A DNA stretch of 64,000 nt from an uncultured Gemmatimonadales bacterium (GCA_963828735.1 CAWHFW010000002.1:608001-672000); one strand, 5' to 3'. Positions 1 through 20,807 are shown, counted from the first letter of the stretch. Notes: generated from the sequence alone by a model not told the origin. Numbers and translations: made by a program.

Positions 1-1080
1 TCGGGACTTGTCAGACCAGGAGCCCTCGTCGCCGGTGATCTTCCATTCCCATGTGCCGAGCTGGGCCGCGCTCAGGGCGAGCTTGAGTTGCTCCTCGCTC
101 TGTCGCGCTTCGGCCTGGGCCTGGAGCCGCTCGCGCAAGGCCGCGGCGAGCGCCATGAGCGGGACCGCGATTACGATGAGGAACGTCTGCAGCGACACGA
201 CGTTCTCGGCCGGCGTGCTCGCGACGAATGGCCCGTCGCCGCCGATCGCGCCCCAGATGGCCAGCAGCGCGACGAGCAGCAGGCAGCCGCTCGTCGCGGC
301 CGGGCCGAAGCGCACGGCGGACCACAGGAGGAACGGCAGCGGGGCGTACACCAGTGCGGGAGTGGTGTTGGGCCCAGCGGGTCTGCCGGTGAAGACGAAG
401 AGGGACACCGCAAGGAGGCTCAGTAGCAGGACGCCACCTTCGATGATGCGCCTGGACGTGGCCCGGCGGAGGACGTTCAGACCTCCACTGCCCCAAGTCA
501 CGATCAGCGGCACCAGGGTGAGCGTCGCGAGAACATTGGAGAACGACCGCAGGCGCCAGTTGTACCAGTAGCTGCCCGTCCCCCACGCGTTGAGCCGCAC
601 GAATTCGGCATCCAGAAACGACGACACGAAGACGCTCAGGAGCGTCGCCACCAAAAAGATGCCCACGCGGCGGAAGGTGTCGAACCGCGCCGGTCCCTTG
701 CCCAGCCAGCGAATGAGGGCGGCACCTAGCAGGGCCTCGGTCGAGTTGCTGATGAACCAGGACAGGACCATGGACAGCGGGATGCCGCTGCGCAACTCGA
801 CGAACAGGTGGGCAGGGAGCGCCGCCAGGACGACCACCCACCACAGCCTGGTCGGCGTGAGCAGCAGGAGGGCCAGCAGTGTCGCGTTGGGCGGCCAGAG
901 GGTAGAGACCGGGTGAGGATGCAGCGTGAGCGCGATGCCGATCTCAGCGGCGACGTAGTATGCGGCGCATACCAGCACCGCCATCGCCGCCGGATGGGCC
1001 ACGGACTCGGCGCGAGGTATGGCCGCGTCGGCCGGCTGCTCGCTCTGGGCCATCGCCGCTTCAGACACAATAGACTCCAT
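1..1080 (-). CDS. MASE1 membrane-sensor + PAS protein, probably a sensor histidine kinase; runs off the window start
   Basis: Not in the ORF track. Hand translation from ATG 1080 gives ...YYVAAEIGIALTLHPHPVSTLWPPNATLLALLL... (MASE1-like 'LWPPNA' followed by many TM helices) and ends SEEQLKLALSAAQLGTWEW (typical PAS onset). Confidence 0.8.
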   Translation of the reverse strand, partial: MESIVSEAAMAQSEQPADAAIPRAESVAHPAAMAVLVCAAYYVAAEIGIALTLHPHPVSTLWPPNATLLALLLLTPTRLWWVVVLAALPAHLFVELRSGIPLSMVLSWFISNSTEALLGAALIRWLGKGPARFDTFRRVGIFLVATLLSVFVSSFLDAEFVRLNAWGTGSYWYNWRLRSFSNVLATLTLVPLIVTWGSGGLNVLRRATSRRIIEGGVLLLSLLAVSLFVFTGRPAGPNTTPALVYAPLPFLLWSAVRFGPAATSGCLLLVALLAIWGAIGGDGPFVASTPAENVVSLQTFLIVIAVPLMALAAALRERLQAQAEARQSEEQLKLALSAAQLGTWEWKITGDEGSWSDKSR

Positions 1081-1233
1081 GGAGGTGGGATTCGGCCACG
1101 GCCCCGTCCCTGCCCTCCCCTGTTGGCGACACAATCCCTCCGCGAGAACTTATACCGATCCTTCCACGGTGACCAGTTCGGACACGGCGGCGCGCCTACC
1201 GCAGGCTCCACGGCCGCCGCATCTTACCCTCCG

Positions 1234-1524
1234 ATGTCCTTCGACGACAACGATACCAGGCCCATCACCGACCTCCTGCTCGAGTTGCGCGCGGGCGACC
1301 GTTCCGCACTCGACCGGCTGTTTCCGCTGGTTTACGAGGAGCTCCAGCGGGTCGCCCACCGGCAGCTTCGCGCCGAGCGCGAGGAGCACACCCTGGGCAC
1401 GACGGGACTGGTCCATGAGGCCTACCTCCGGGGCGCGGGACAGAGCCGCTCCTGCTCGTCGGGGGCCGAGCGTCCGCGGCCGGCCGTCACGCGGCGGCTC
1501 GCGCCCACCTCCCTCTCGGATTGA
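1234..1524 (+). pseudogene. Truncated ECF sigma factor (TIGR02999-like); only the N-terminal ~66 aa are intact
   Basis: ITDLLLELRAGDRSALDRLFPLVYEELQRVAHRQLRAEREEHTLGTTGLVHEAYLR matches the family N-terminus. Similarity stops near 1430 and no region 4 is visible. Confidence 0.75.
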
Positions 1525-1592
1525 CGAAGGCCGAACCGCGCCAGCATGTTCCCCGGACAAGGAAGTGTCCAAGCGCCAAACAGAGGTGACTC

Positions 1593-2138
1593 ATGAGAAG
1601 ACTGCTCGGCGTGCTCGCCGCGTCCGCCTTGCTACCGATCGGCGTTCAGCTGGCGGCGGCTCAGGCGCCATCACAGGCCAGGCCCGGCCCCGAATACGAG
1701 CGGCTCGGATACTTTGTCGGCAAGTGGACCGGCGAGGGAGAGATCAAACCGGGTCCCATGGGGCCCGGCGGGAAGTTCACGTCCTCCGACGACTGCGCAT
1801 GGTTCGAAGGGCACTACAGCGTCGTCTGCCACTCCGAGTCCAAGATGCCGACGGGAGCCAGCAAGAGCATCGGCATCCTGGGCTACAGCGGGGAGGAAAA
1901 GGTCTACACCTACTACGGCGTGGACAACACGAACATGACCATGGCCAGCGTCCCTAAAGGCACCGTCCATGGAAACACGTGGACGTACAACGACGAAGGG
2001 ATGATGGGCGGCAAGAAGGTCAAGACGCGGGTCACGATCAAGGAGCTCTCACTCAAGGAGTACTCCTTCACGATGGAAGCGCAGGGTGACGACGGGAAGT
2101 GGATGCCGATGATGGAGAGCAAGAACACCCGGCAGTAG
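1593..2138 (+). CDS. Secreted DUF1579-like protein
   Basis: Signal peptide, 'PGPEYERLGYFVGKWTGEG', beta-rich body; GAGGTG RBS. Confidence 0.7.
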   Translation: MRRLLGVLAASALLPIGVQLAAAQAPSQARPGPEYERLGYFVGKWTGEGEIKPGPMGPGGKFTSSDDCAWFEGHYSVVCHSESKMPTGASKSIGILGYSGEEKVYTYYGVDNTNMTMASVPKGTVHGNTWTYNDEGMMGGKKVKTRVTIKELSLKEYSFTMEAQGDDGKWMPMMESKNTRQ

Positions 2139-2341
2139 CGGATGAGCAGGCCGAGGGGCCGGCGTCGCAGTGCGGCGTCGGCCCCTTCGATTGTTCTGGA
2201 ACCGCCGTGGAGGACACGGCCCCACCGGAAATGAGGGGTTTCACGGCGCAATCGGGCGTTGCTTGACAGAGGGGTTCCGAGCCGGCCGTGTATCGGCGCC
2301 GGCCTCTGTCGTGACTCGGGCGGTCGATCCGCCGGGAACAC

Positions 2342-3724
2342 ATGACGACGCTCATTCTTGCTACCCTGACCCTTCACCTCGGCGTCCTTCAGGGCCGCCA
2401 GAGCCCCGCGCCGATCCCGATGCGGCAGGGGGTCACCATCGTGCAGGCTGTGTCGGGCGACGGCTACCAGCGTCGAGACTATGAACCGGTAATTACGATC
2501 GGGTCCGCCGACGCGCGCGGCGTGACGTTGACATCGACGGCGTTCGTCAAGGATCGCGCCGGCGAGCGGCGCTGGCTCACCGTGCAGCGCACCGTGCCGA
2601 GCGGCGACATGGGCGGTGCGCGCACGCTCATCCTCGGCTTCGACACCGACGATCCCGAGCGCCTTCCCGGCACCACTGCGATCGGACCGTCACGGTTGAT
2701 CCTCGAGGAGCTCGCGAAGGGTGGTCGCGCCATGGTGACGGTAAAGCAGCACGCTGCCCGTCCTGCCTACACCGGCACCCTCGAACGGATCGAATCCGGC
2801 ACCGTCTCCTTTCCGGTCCTCGTCAACGGCGTGCGCGTCGCGCTCCCTGCCATCCACGCGCGCGGGCAGCTCCACACGAGCGGGGGCCTCCCGCCGTGGG
2901 AGTTCTGGTTCTTCGATCACCCGACCCAGCCGCTGACCCTGAGGGCGAGGTACGGCGCCGAGGGTCAGCATGAGGCCAATCCACCGGAGTGGAGCCGGCA
3001 AATCGTCCGCATAGATGTTCCAGGCGGTGTGCCAGGTGTCGGCGCGGACTCGCCTGAGCCGGGTGGCGGTCGCGGCAGCCGCGAGCTCGAGGCCGACAGC
3101 GGTGAGATCACCGCGGTTGCGATGGGCGGCACGCCGCGGCCTGGGGACGGGGCGGGATCGGGAGGAGGCGCGGTGCAGGGCGTCGACGCCGGCGCCGGCG
3201 GGGGAGCTGGCGGCGGCGCGGGTGCGGGAAGTGGCGCCGGGGCGGGCTCAGGGACCGGCTCAGGGGCGGACCGATCGGGCGCAAGAGCAGGCGCGGCGCC
3301 GGGCCCAGGAACTGGCGCCGGGCTGGGGGGAGGCGCGGGTGGATCGCTGGAGGGTGGGCTCGACATCCTCTGCCGCGTCCCGGTCCCGGGGATCTACTTC
3401 GAGTTCGATAGCGACGTCCTGAATCCGGCGTCCAGGCCCTGGATCCGCTCGATCGGCGGCCTGCTGAGCCGGCATCCCGACTGGACCGTCACGATCGAAG
3501 GGCATACCGACAGCACCGGTAGTGCGGGCTATAACCTCGATCTCTCCAGCCGCCGCGCGGCCGCGCTCAAGCAGAGCCTGGTGACGGAGCAAGGCATCGC
3601 CGCCGCCCGCCTGTCGACGCGAGGCTTTGGTCCGAATCGCCCGCTGGAATCCAATGCCACCGTGGAAGGACGCGCCCGCAATCGACGGGTCGAGCTGGTG
3701 CGTCCCTGCGATCCGACCCGCTGA
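2342..3724 (+). CDS. OmpA-family peptidoglycan-binding protein with an unknown N-terminal domain and a Gly/Ala-rich linker
   Basis: C-terminal IYFEFDS...IEGHTDSTG...NLDLSSRRA...GRARNRRVE; long GAG-rich linker. Confidence 0.9.
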   Translation: MTTLILATLTLHLGVLQGRQSPAPIPMRQGVTIVQAVSGDGYQRRDYEPVITIGSADARGVTLTSTAFVKDRAGERRWLTVQRTVPSGDMGGARTLILGFDTDDPERLPGTTAIGPSRLILEELAKGGRAMVTVKQHAARPAYTGTLERIESGTVSFPVLVNGVRVALPAIHARGQLHTSGGLPPWEFWFFDHPTQPLTLRARYGAEGQHEANPPEWSRQIVRIDVPGGVPGVGADSPEPGGGRGSRELEADSGEITAVAMGGTPRPGDGAGSGGGAVQGVDAGAGGGAGGGAGAGSGAGAGSGTGSGADRSGARAGAAPGPGTGAGLGGGAGGSLEGGLDILCRVPVPGIYFEFDSDVLNPASRPWIRSIGGLLSRHPDWTVTIEGHTDSTGSAGYNLDLSSRRAAALKQSLVTEQGIAAARLSTRGFGPNRPLESNATVEGRARNRRVELVRPCDPTR

Positions 3725-3734
3725 CGAGGCGAAC

Positions 3735-4253
3735 ATGTCGATGCTCGAGGTCCTGGGGCGGGAACGACGCCGCGTTTCACCCCGTCATCCCCTGCTCCGT
3801 CGTCTGGCCGGGCTCGTGCTCGCGATCGCCGCCTCGCAGGCCATCCCGGGACGACTTGCGGCGCAGCGGCGAACCGCCGAGGACACCAAGGCGATCGACG
3901 GATACCGCCTCACCATGCCGACCCTGCGCAAGGTGCTGCCCGCCCTGTATCACCCACAGGCGAGTACCTGTGAGCATCCCAAGGACCGGGACCCGCAGAC
4001 GTTGAGCCTCGATGAGATGACGAGCTCGCTCGAGCGATGCGCTCCGGTACGTGACGCCCTCAAGCAGGCCGGCGTGCAGCCACGGGAAGCGGCGCTGGCC
4101 TTCGCGTCGCTGCTGAGTACCGGACACCAGGTCGCGATGCAGGGCGGCCGGGCCAGCACGCTGCCGGGCGGCGTGTTGCGCGACAACGCCCTCCTCCTCG
4201 AACAGAACGATGCCGAACTCAAGCGGATCACGAAGACTGGAGCGCCGTCATGA
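3735..4253 (+). CDS. Hypothetical secreted protein
   Basis: ATG 11 bp after the OmpA gene stop; hydrophobic signal ending LAA/Q; ATGA overlap with the next gene. Confidence 0.6.
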   Translation: MSMLEVLGRERRRVSPRHPLLRRLAGLVLAIAASQAIPGRLAAQRRTAEDTKAIDGYRLTMPTLRKVLPALYHPQASTCEHPKDRDPQTLSLDEMTSSLERCAPVRDALKQAGVQPREAALAFASLLSTGHQVAMQGGRASTLPGGVLRDNALLLEQNDAELKRITKTGAPS

Positions 4254-4909
4254 GACGATCTGTGTCACTTCACGTGTTCGCTCGCGTGTTGCCGCTGCTT
4301 CTCGTTCCCACGCTGGCCTACACGCAGACCCCCGCGCCGGCCGGGGCCGGCGCCACGCAGATCTGCCTCGCGCCGGCGACCGTGGAAACCGCGCCGACCG
4401 GCGTCGATCCCATGTCTGCCGTGCGGGAGACGTTTACCAGCTTCCTCACGGGGCCGTCGCTCGCCGTCACGCCGCTCCAGGCCCGGCTGCGCTCGCAAGT
4501 GCAGCAGGAGGCCAAGCAGGCCAGGTGCCCGTATCTCCTGCTCCCCACCATCAAGCACGAACGCAAGACCGGCGGCGGCGGCCTGTTCGGCAAGGTTGGG
4601 GCGGGCGCGGTACAGCAGGGCGCGTGGGCGGTCACTGGATCCGCCGGCTCGACGGTGGGGCGCGTGGTGGCCGGCGCGGCCGCCGGCGCGGCGACCAGCG
4701 CGGCAAACGACTACGCCCTGAACTCGCGCACCAAGGACGAGCTCACGCTCGCCTACCGGCTGGAGTCGTCGACCGGCGCGATGCTGGTGGAGAAATCCGA
4801 GAAGCGAAAGGCGAAATCGGACGGCGAGGACCTGCTCACGCCGCTCGTGCAGCATGCCGCCGAGGCGATCGCGACGGCGGCACAGAAGGCCGCGGAGCCC
4901 GCTCCATGA
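4250..4909 (+). CDS. Hypothetical secreted protein with a glycine-zipper-like segment
   Basis: Signal peptide; GRVVAGAAAGAATSA segment; translationally coupled to the upstream gene. Confidence 0.65.
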   Translation: MRRSVSLHVFARVLPLLLVPTLAYTQTPAPAGAGATQICLAPATVETAPTGVDPMSAVRETFTSFLTGPSLAVTPLQARLRSQVQQEAKQARCPYLLLPTIKHERKTGGGGLFGKVGAGAVQQGAWAVTGSAGSTVGRVVAGAAAGAATSAANDYALNSRTKDELTLAYRLESSTGAMLVEKSEKRKAKSDGEDLLTPLVQHAAEAIATAAQKAAEPAP

Positions 4910-5071
4910 GTGTTGGCAAAGGCTGCGGCTTCTCAAAGGCGACCGGATGCTCGCGACCGACCCAACCCGGCCTGACGCCCCCCGGCGCGGCCACCTCTGC
5001 CGGTGACCGGGCCTCCCCTGCCGTCACTCACCTGGCCCAGCCATGCCGCCGGCGCGCCCGCGTCCCCCGCG

Positions 5072-5605
5072 TCAGGGAAGTCTAGGGAGCACCAGCTTGG
5101 CGAATCGCTCGAGCCGCGGCCGGGTCGCTTCCAGCGGCTCGCCGGCATGGGCGTCCAGAGTGAGCGAGATGACCCGCGGGCCGGCATAGACAGCGAGCAG
5201 GCCGATGCGCTGGTACTCGTCGTTCGGCTTGGGGATCATGAAGAACGCGCGTTCCCCGATCCCCTGCACCGGCACCCGCGGCTCCTTGTTGACCTTGAAA
5301 ACCTCCAGTGTGCGCTCGAGGCTTTGGGCCGCCGTCGTGCCCTTCTGGGCCTCGTACACTTCCAGCGAGCCACCGGAGTACTCGCACCTCATGCCCCCCG
5401 CCATCGTCTCCGGCGCTGTCCAGAACTTGGCGAGCTCGGGCTTCTCTTCGGCCACCTGCTGCACTTCAGCGTTTGTGGCCAATGTGCACGCGTCGAGCGT
5501 CGCCTCGCGCCTGGCCACGGGGGTTGCCTGCGCGGCCAGCGCGGTGGCAATTGCGACGCTCGCTGTCATCCCGGGCACCACTTTGGAGGTCCACCATCCG
5601 TGCAT
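5072..5605 (-). CDS. Hypothetical secreted protein
   Basis: GGGGAGG RBS before ATG 5605; signal peptide; 'DACTL...CEY' cysteine pair. Confidence 0.65.
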   Translation of the reverse strand: MHGWWTSKVVPGMTASVAIATALAAQATPVARREATLDACTLATNAEVQQVAEEKPELAKFWTAPETMAGGMRCEYSGGSLEVYEAQKGTTAAQSLERTLEVFKVNKEPRVPVQGIGERAFFMIPKPNDEYQRIGLLAVYAGPRVISLTLDAHAGEPLEATRPRLERFAKLVLPRLP

Positions 5606-5873
5606 ACCTGCCTCCCCGCTTTGAGTCGAAGCCACGATGCTGACCCTCTCATAACGCCCGCTCGGATGCATGACTCCCTCACGCGCCCGTGTGAAGAGTG
5701 GCGTCAGGCCGTTACACCGTTGAGCTGCGCTGCGTTCCCCACGCTCGATGTTTGTCACTGGCAAGCTTGCCCTCACGCCCGATCCTTGGTGGATTGCCCC
5801 CGGCTGAGGCTTTGCACGGCTATTCGGGGCGTCTTTGATGAGGCGACCTGACCGCACTCACCGGGGGCCCCGT

Positions 5874-6857
5874 ATGCGCCTGTCGCGCCCGTCCCTCCCT
5901 TTCATCATGGCGGCTCTCGTGACGGCCGCATCCGCGGGGTGCTCCGGCGGCCTTGCGGCAACGGCTCCGGATACGTTCGACGCGAGTCACCGGCAGAGAA
6001 CGCAGCTCGAGCTGGGCACGGTGCACGCGACACCGGATCACTTCAACATCAGCTTCACTGCACCTCTTCACGCGCTGCCAGCTCTGGAATACAGCACCGA
6101 GCCACCTATCAGGGCGCCAGGGAGCGGCCATTGGACTTTCATGGCTCCGCTGTCGTCGCAGGTGATCGAGGGCTCCAATGCGGGCAACCCGCTCCTGGGC
6201 ACCTATCTCGCGACGCCAGCCGCACGTCTGGAACCGGCGACTCGCTACTACTTCGTCATCACGGTGCCGGGGGATGCAGCGGGTGGGTCGATGCAGCAAT
6301 ACACGGGTGCATTCAGTACCATGGCGCGACCTTCGGGTTCGGATCTGGTCGCCCAGCTCAAACCTGGCCTGAAACCTGAGCCGCGCCCCAGCATCCTCCC
6401 TCGTTGGGTGCTCCTCGTCTGGATTGCCTTCGTTCCATTGATATTCCTGATACATCGACGGACGGCTCGGCGCCGCCTTGCTGACGTCTATCCCGAAGCC
6501 CCGCGGCGCAATCCGGGTCGACGCATCTACGCCAGCCCCCTGGTCGTCGGCAAACTCTTCTACCGGAACACGACCTGGCTTCAGCCCGACGACACCTACC
6601 TCCATGTTCTGGGGATCGGACCCAGTAGCCTGTGGATGCCGACCATCAGCATTCCGTGGTCTGACATCTCCGCCATCTCGGACATCTATTCGGTGGTTGT
6701 GTGGGATGCGCGCGTGGTTCGACTCACCCTGGCGCGCGACCCCAGCATGCGCTTCCTGATGTGGCCGGATGCATTCGAGCGCTTGAACAAGGAGACAGGT
6801 GGCCGCTTGAGCCTGCGCGATGCCAAGGCTCCGGTGGTTGCGGGCCCGGGCCGTTGA
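5874..6857 (+). CDS. Hypothetical lipoprotein/membrane protein with an FN3-like segment and an internal TM helix
   Basis: Lipobox-like SAGC; LEPATRYYFVITV (FN3-like); TM WVLLVWIAFVPLIFLI. The start may be 5835 instead. Confidence 0.5.
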   Translation: MRLSRPSLPFIMAALVTAASAGCSGGLAATAPDTFDASHRQRTQLELGTVHATPDHFNISFTAPLHALPALEYSTEPPIRAPGSGHWTFMAPLSSQVIEGSNAGNPLLGTYLATPAARLEPATRYYFVITVPGDAAGGSMQQYTGAFSTMARPSGSDLVAQLKPGLKPEPRPSILPRWVLLVWIAFVPLIFLIHRRTARRRLADVYPEAPRRNPGRRIYASPLVVGKLFYRNTTWLQPDDTYLHVLGIGPSSLWMPTISIPWSDISAISDIYSVVVWDARVVRLTLARDPSMRFLMWPDAFERLNKETGGRLSLRDAKAPVVAGPGR

Positions 6858-7030
6858 GGAGCGTGGCGACCGCCCCGCTTCACCGTAGTTTGGCCACCAA
6901 CGCTTCGTCGCCTACGGCCTTCACCGCCTCCTGTTTGCACTATGGGAGGAGCCTGACCTTGCGACGGCTCCGCGTCCAATCCTTGCCGGGGATCAAATTG
7001 AACGTGGGACAGCAGGGCGTGGCGAGAACA

Positions 7031-7067
7031 ACGAAGCGCCCGGGACTCGAGGTCCCGGGCGCTTCGT
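7031..7067 (-). terminator. Intrinsic terminator of the rpoBC transcript
   Basis: Perfect 16-bp inverted repeat ACGAAGCGCCCGGGAC-TCGAG-GTCCCGGGCGCTTCGT just downstream of the rpoC stop, followed by TGTTCT on the minus strand. Confidence 0.8.
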
Positions 7068-7085
7068 CCTACCCTGTTCGTTTAT

Positions 7086-11654
<4,569 letters not shown>

Positions 11655-11664
11655 GTGTCCCCTC

Positions 11665-16132
<4,468 letters not shown>

Positions 16133-16339
16133 CAGTGGCTCACTCCCACGCAACACAAATGGCCCCAACGCGGATCCCCCGCCGGAAGACGGGGTGACCT
16201 ATGGGGCTCGGCAGATTCGGGAACTTCCGAGAGCTTCGAGCGTGCATTCGGTCTCACTGAAATAGGGTTGAAGTCGCCGCGTCGTCGCCGGGGGCCGGGC
16301 CGGAACCGGCCCGCCCACCGTCGGGACCGCGCTTCCGCC

Positions 16340-16726
16340 CTACTTCAGCTCGACTTCCGCGCCCTGCTCCTCCAGCTTCTTCTTGATCTCCTCGGCCTCC
16401 GCCTTCGAGATCCCTTCCTTCAGAACGCTCGGGGCATTGTCCACGGCGTCCTTGGCTTCCTTCAGGCCCAGGCTGGTGATCTCGCGGACCACCTTGATGA
16501 CCTGGATCTTCTTGGCGCCACCGGCCTTGAGCACGACGGCGAACTCCGTCTTCTCCTCGGCCGCGGGCGCCGCCGCGCCGCCGGCGGCGCCGCCGCCCAC
16601 CGGGGCCGCCGCGACGGTGACGTTGAACTTGCTCTTGAAGGCTTCGATGAGGTCCGCGAGTTCGATCACGGTCTTGTGGCCGATCGCTTCGAGGATCTCT
16701 TCGTTGCTCAGCGTGGTCGATGCCAT
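16340..16726 (-). CDS. rplL: 50S ribosomal protein L7/L12
   Basis: EEKTEF...[21 protein letters not shown]. Confidence 0.98.
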   Translation of the reverse strand: MASTTLSNEEILEAIGHKTVIELADLIEAFKSKFNVTVAAAPVGGGAAGGAAAPAAEEKTEFAVVLKAGGAKKIQVIKVVREITSLGLKEAKDAVDNAPSVLKEGISKAEAEEIKKKLEEQGAEVELK

Positions 16727-16745
16727 TGTCACTATCTCCGTACGG

Positions 16746-17234
16746 TTAAGAAACAGTACCGCGCTGTTCGCGGAGGGCCTCGAGAGCGCCCACAAAGGAA
16801 TAGAGAAGACCGTTGAACGAGCCGGCGATCTGCGCCAGCAGGACTTCGCGCGACGGGATCTGGCCGAGGCGCTTGACGTGGGCGGGCGAAACGGCCTTGC
16901 CGTCGACCATCCCAGCCTTCACGGCCGGCCGCTCGAACTCCTTGGCGAAGTCGCCGATGACCTTGGCCGCGGCGAGCGCATCCTTGGTCAGTACCAGGCC
17001 GGTCGGGCCGGCCAGATGCTCGTCGAGCCCGGTGATGCCGTTGGCGGCGAGCGCCCGCTGCGCGAGCGTGTTCTTCACCACCACGTACGAGACCCCCGCG
17101 GCGCGGAGCCGGCGGCGGAACTCGGTCATGCGCAGCACGTTCATGCCGCTGAAGTCGGTCACATAGACGTGGGGCGAGTCCTTGAGCAGCGCGCCCAGGC
17201 TCTCCACCGTCTCCTGGCGTTCGGTCTTGTTCAT
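16746..17234 (-). CDS. rplJ: 50S ribosomal protein L10
   Basis: MNKTERQ...VVKNTLA...GPTGL; position in operon. Confidence 0.97.
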   Translation of the reverse strand: MNKTERQETVESLGALLKDSPHVYVTDFSGMNVLRMTEFRRRLRAAGVSYVVVKNTLAQRALAANGITGLDEHLAGPTGLVLTKDALAAAKVIGDFAKEFERPAVKAGMVDGKAVSPAHVKRLGQIPSREVLLAQIAGSFNGLLYSFVGALEALREQRGTVS

Positions 17235-17920
17235 CGGTACCCCGCCGTGTCGAGCCGCACACCCGGCCCCATGGTGCTCGAGATGGTCGCCGAGCGGATG
17301 TAGACGCCCTTGGCCGCCGACGGCTTGGCCCGGAGGATGGTATCCATGAAGGCGCCCACGTTCTCGGCCAGTTGCGACGGCGAGAACGACACCTTGCCGA
17401 CCGGGGCGTGCACGTTCCCGGTCTTGTCCACGCGGAACTCGATCTTGCCCGCCTTGATCTCCCGCACGGCCTTGGCCACGTCCATGGTGACGGTCCCAGC
17501 CTTCGGGTTCGGCATCAGGCCGCGCGGGCCCAGCACCCGGCCCAGCTGGCCGAGCTGGCCCATGACGTCCGGCGTCGCGACGATGACGTCGCACTCGAGC
17601 CAGCCGTCCTTGAGCTTCTGGATGTATTCGATCCCCACGAAATCGGCGCCCGCGGCCTCCGCCTCCCGCACACGCTCGCCCTGGGTAATCACCAACACGC
17701 GAACCGGCTTCCCGGTTCCGTGGGGCAGGACGACCGTTCCACGCACCACCTGATCGGCGTGGCGCGGGTCGACGCCGAGCCGCACGGCGACGTCCACGGT
17801 CTCATCGAACTTCGCGAACGAGGCGCCTTTCACCAGCGCGACCGCGTCGGGGATCTGGTATTGGCGCGCGCGATCCACCTTCGCGATCGCGGCCGTGAAC
17901 TTCTTCCCTTGCGTCGCCAT
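17231..17920 (-). CDS. rplA: 50S ribosomal protein L1
   Basis: KFDETVD...[15 protein letters not shown]...SSTMGPG. Confidence 0.98.
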   Translation of the reverse strand: MATQGKKFTAAIAKVDRARQYQIPDAVALVKGASFAKFDETVDVAVRLGVDPRHADQVVRGTVVLPHGTGKPVRVLVITQGERVREAEAAGADFVGIEYIQKLKDGWLECDVIVATPDVMGQLGQLGRVLGPRGLMPNPKAGTVTMDVAKAVREIKAGKIEFRVDKTGNVHAPVGKVSFSPSQLAENVGAFMDTILRAKPSAAKGVYIRSATISSTMGPGVRLDTAGYR

Positions 17921-18345
17921 CAGTCCACCACCTCCAGTCCCATGGACCGGGCGGTGCCGGCGATCATCTTCATGGCGCTGTCGAGGTCGGAGGCGTTGAG
18001 ATCGGCCATCTTGATCTCCGCGATCTTCTTGACCTGCGCGCGCGTGACCTTCCCGACCTTGGTCCGGTTGGGCTGGCCGCTCCCCTTCTCGATCCCCGCC
18101 TCCTTCAGCAGAAGGTTCGGGGCCGGCGGGGTCTTGGTGATGAAGGTGAACGTGCGATCCGCGAAGATCGTCACGACCACCGGAATCACCATCCCGCTCT
18201 GGCTCTGCGTCCGGGCGTTGAACTGCTTCACGAACTCCATGATGTTCACGCCGTGCGGACCCAGGGCCGTGCCGACCGGAGGTGCGGGCGTCGCCGCGCC
18301 GGCCGGGCACTGCAACTTCACCAATGCCTGGATCTTCTTTGCCAT
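17920..18345 (-). CDS. rplK: 50S ribosomal protein L11
   Basis: [12 protein letters not shown]...GTARSMG. Confidence 0.99.
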   Translation of the reverse strand: MAKKIQALVKLQCPAGAATPAPPVGTALGPHGVNIMEFVKQFNARTQSQSGMVIPVVVTIFADRTFTFITKTPPAPNLLLKEAGIEKGSGQPNRTKVGKVTRAQVKKIAEIKMADLNASDLDSAMKMIAGTARSMGLEVVD

Positions 18346-18426
18346 CGGACTCCTCGTTTCGGTGGGCGCTCTGGCGCGCCCCTACCTGCCGCGATGACCC
18401 GCGCGGTCGCGGGTACGACTCTCCGC

Positions 18427-18969
18427 CTAGTGGCCGCGCAGCTGGAGGTAGTCCAGCTCCACCGCCGTCGGCCGTCCGAACAGGCTGACCGACACCTTCA
18501 CCTTCCCCTTGTCCGCCAGCACCTCTTCCACCGTGCCGCTGAAATCGGAGAACGGCCCCTCGGTGATCTCGACCACCTGACCGACCATGAAGGGGATCTC
18601 TTCCTTCGGCTCCGCCTCGGTCACCGCCTCGGCGATGCCGAGCAGGCGGTTGACCTCATCCTGGCGGAGCGGCTGCGGCAGCTTGCCGGTGCCGACGAAC
18701 TTGATCACGCCCTGAATGCTGTTCACGACGTGGAGCGCCTCCTGGCTCATCCCCATCTCGACCAGCACGTAGCCGGGGTAAAGCTTGCGCTCGACCGTCA
18801 CCTTCTTGCCGTTCTTGATCTCGATCACGTCCTGCACGGGAACGAGGGCCTGGCGGATCAGCTTCTGCTCCGCGGGACGCGGATCGTCCTCGATCCGCTT
18901 CTGGAGCAGGTTCCGCACCTTGTTCTCGTGCCCGGCGGTCGTCTGAATCGCGTACCAGCGGTATTCCAT
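18427..18969 (-). CDS. nusG: Transcription termination/antitermination factor NusG
   Basis: WYAIQT...[12 protein letters not shown] motif GPFSDFSG. Confidence 0.98.
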   Translation of the reverse strand: MEYRWYAIQTTAGHENKVRNLLQKRIEDDPRPAEQKLIRQALVPVQDVIEIKNGKKVTVERKLYPGYVLVEMGMSQEALHVVNSIQGVIKFVGTGKLPQPLRQDEVNRLLGIAEAVTEAEPKEEIPFMVGQVVEITEGPFSDFSGTVEEVLADKGKVKVSVSLFGRPTAVELDYLQLRGH

Positions 18970-18972
18970 AGG

Positions 18973-19215
18973 CTACCGCGCGAGGTGCGCGACTCCGTTG
19001 ACGAGGAGAGCCTGCAGCACGAAGTCCATGAGGCCGATCGTGATGCCGAGCACGATGCTCAGGATCACGATCATGCGCGTGGCCTTGACCAGTTCGTCGC
19101 GGGTGGGCCACGTGACCTTCTTCATCTCGTCACGGACGCCTACCAGGAACGTGCGGGTCTGACTCACCCAGCCGGTGAGTCGTCCCGCCGGCTGCGCCAC
19201 CTGCGTGCGCTCCAT
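18973..19215 (-). CDS. secE: Preprotein translocase subunit SecE
   Basis: [12 protein letters not shown] followed by a TM helix. Confidence 0.95.
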   Translation of the reverse strand: MERTQVAQPAGRLTGWVSQTRTFLVGVRDEMKKVTWPTRDELVKATRMIVILSIVLGITIGLMDFVLQALLVNGVAHLAR

Positions 19216-19217
19216 GG

Positions 19218-19370
19218 CTACTTCGACTCTTTGTGCACGCGGTGCGTGTCGCAGCGGGGGCAGTACTTGCGCCGCTCCACCCGCTCCGGGTGCTTCCGCT
19301 TGTTCTTGTCCGCAAAGAAGTTGCGGCTCTTACACTCGGTGCATTCGAGCGTGATCTTGTCTCTCGGCAT
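19218..19370 (-). CDS. rpmG: 50S ribosomal protein L33 (zinc-binding form)
   Basis: Not in the ORF track. Hand translation: [50 protein letters not shown]. Confidence 0.95.
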   Translation of the reverse strand: MPRDKITLECTECKSRNFFADKNKRKHPERVERRKYCPRCDTHRVHKESK

Positions 19371-19392
19371 TTCAGTCCTCGGTCGGTCCGGC

Positions 19393-20595
<1,203 letters not shown>

Positions 20596-20718
20596 TGTGC
20601 TCGGTCCCGGTGTTCGGTTGAGTGCGTTCCTGAGCCCGGGTCGTGCGCGAGATCCAGCGAGATCTCGACCTCACCACCCTCGGTTCACTGCTGTCCCCAC
20701 ATCCGGCGTTGTCGTCGA

Positions 20719-20791
<73 letters not shown>

Positions 20792-20807
20792 GACCCTCTT
20801 GTCTCAG

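Noticed and set aside
2263..2296. Sigma70 promoter at TTGACA upstream of the OmpA gene
   Set aside because: No credible -10 element at 16-18 bp spacing.
3130..3345. Low-complexity G-rich repeat
   Set aside because: Encodes the in-frame Gly/Ala linker of the OmpA protein.
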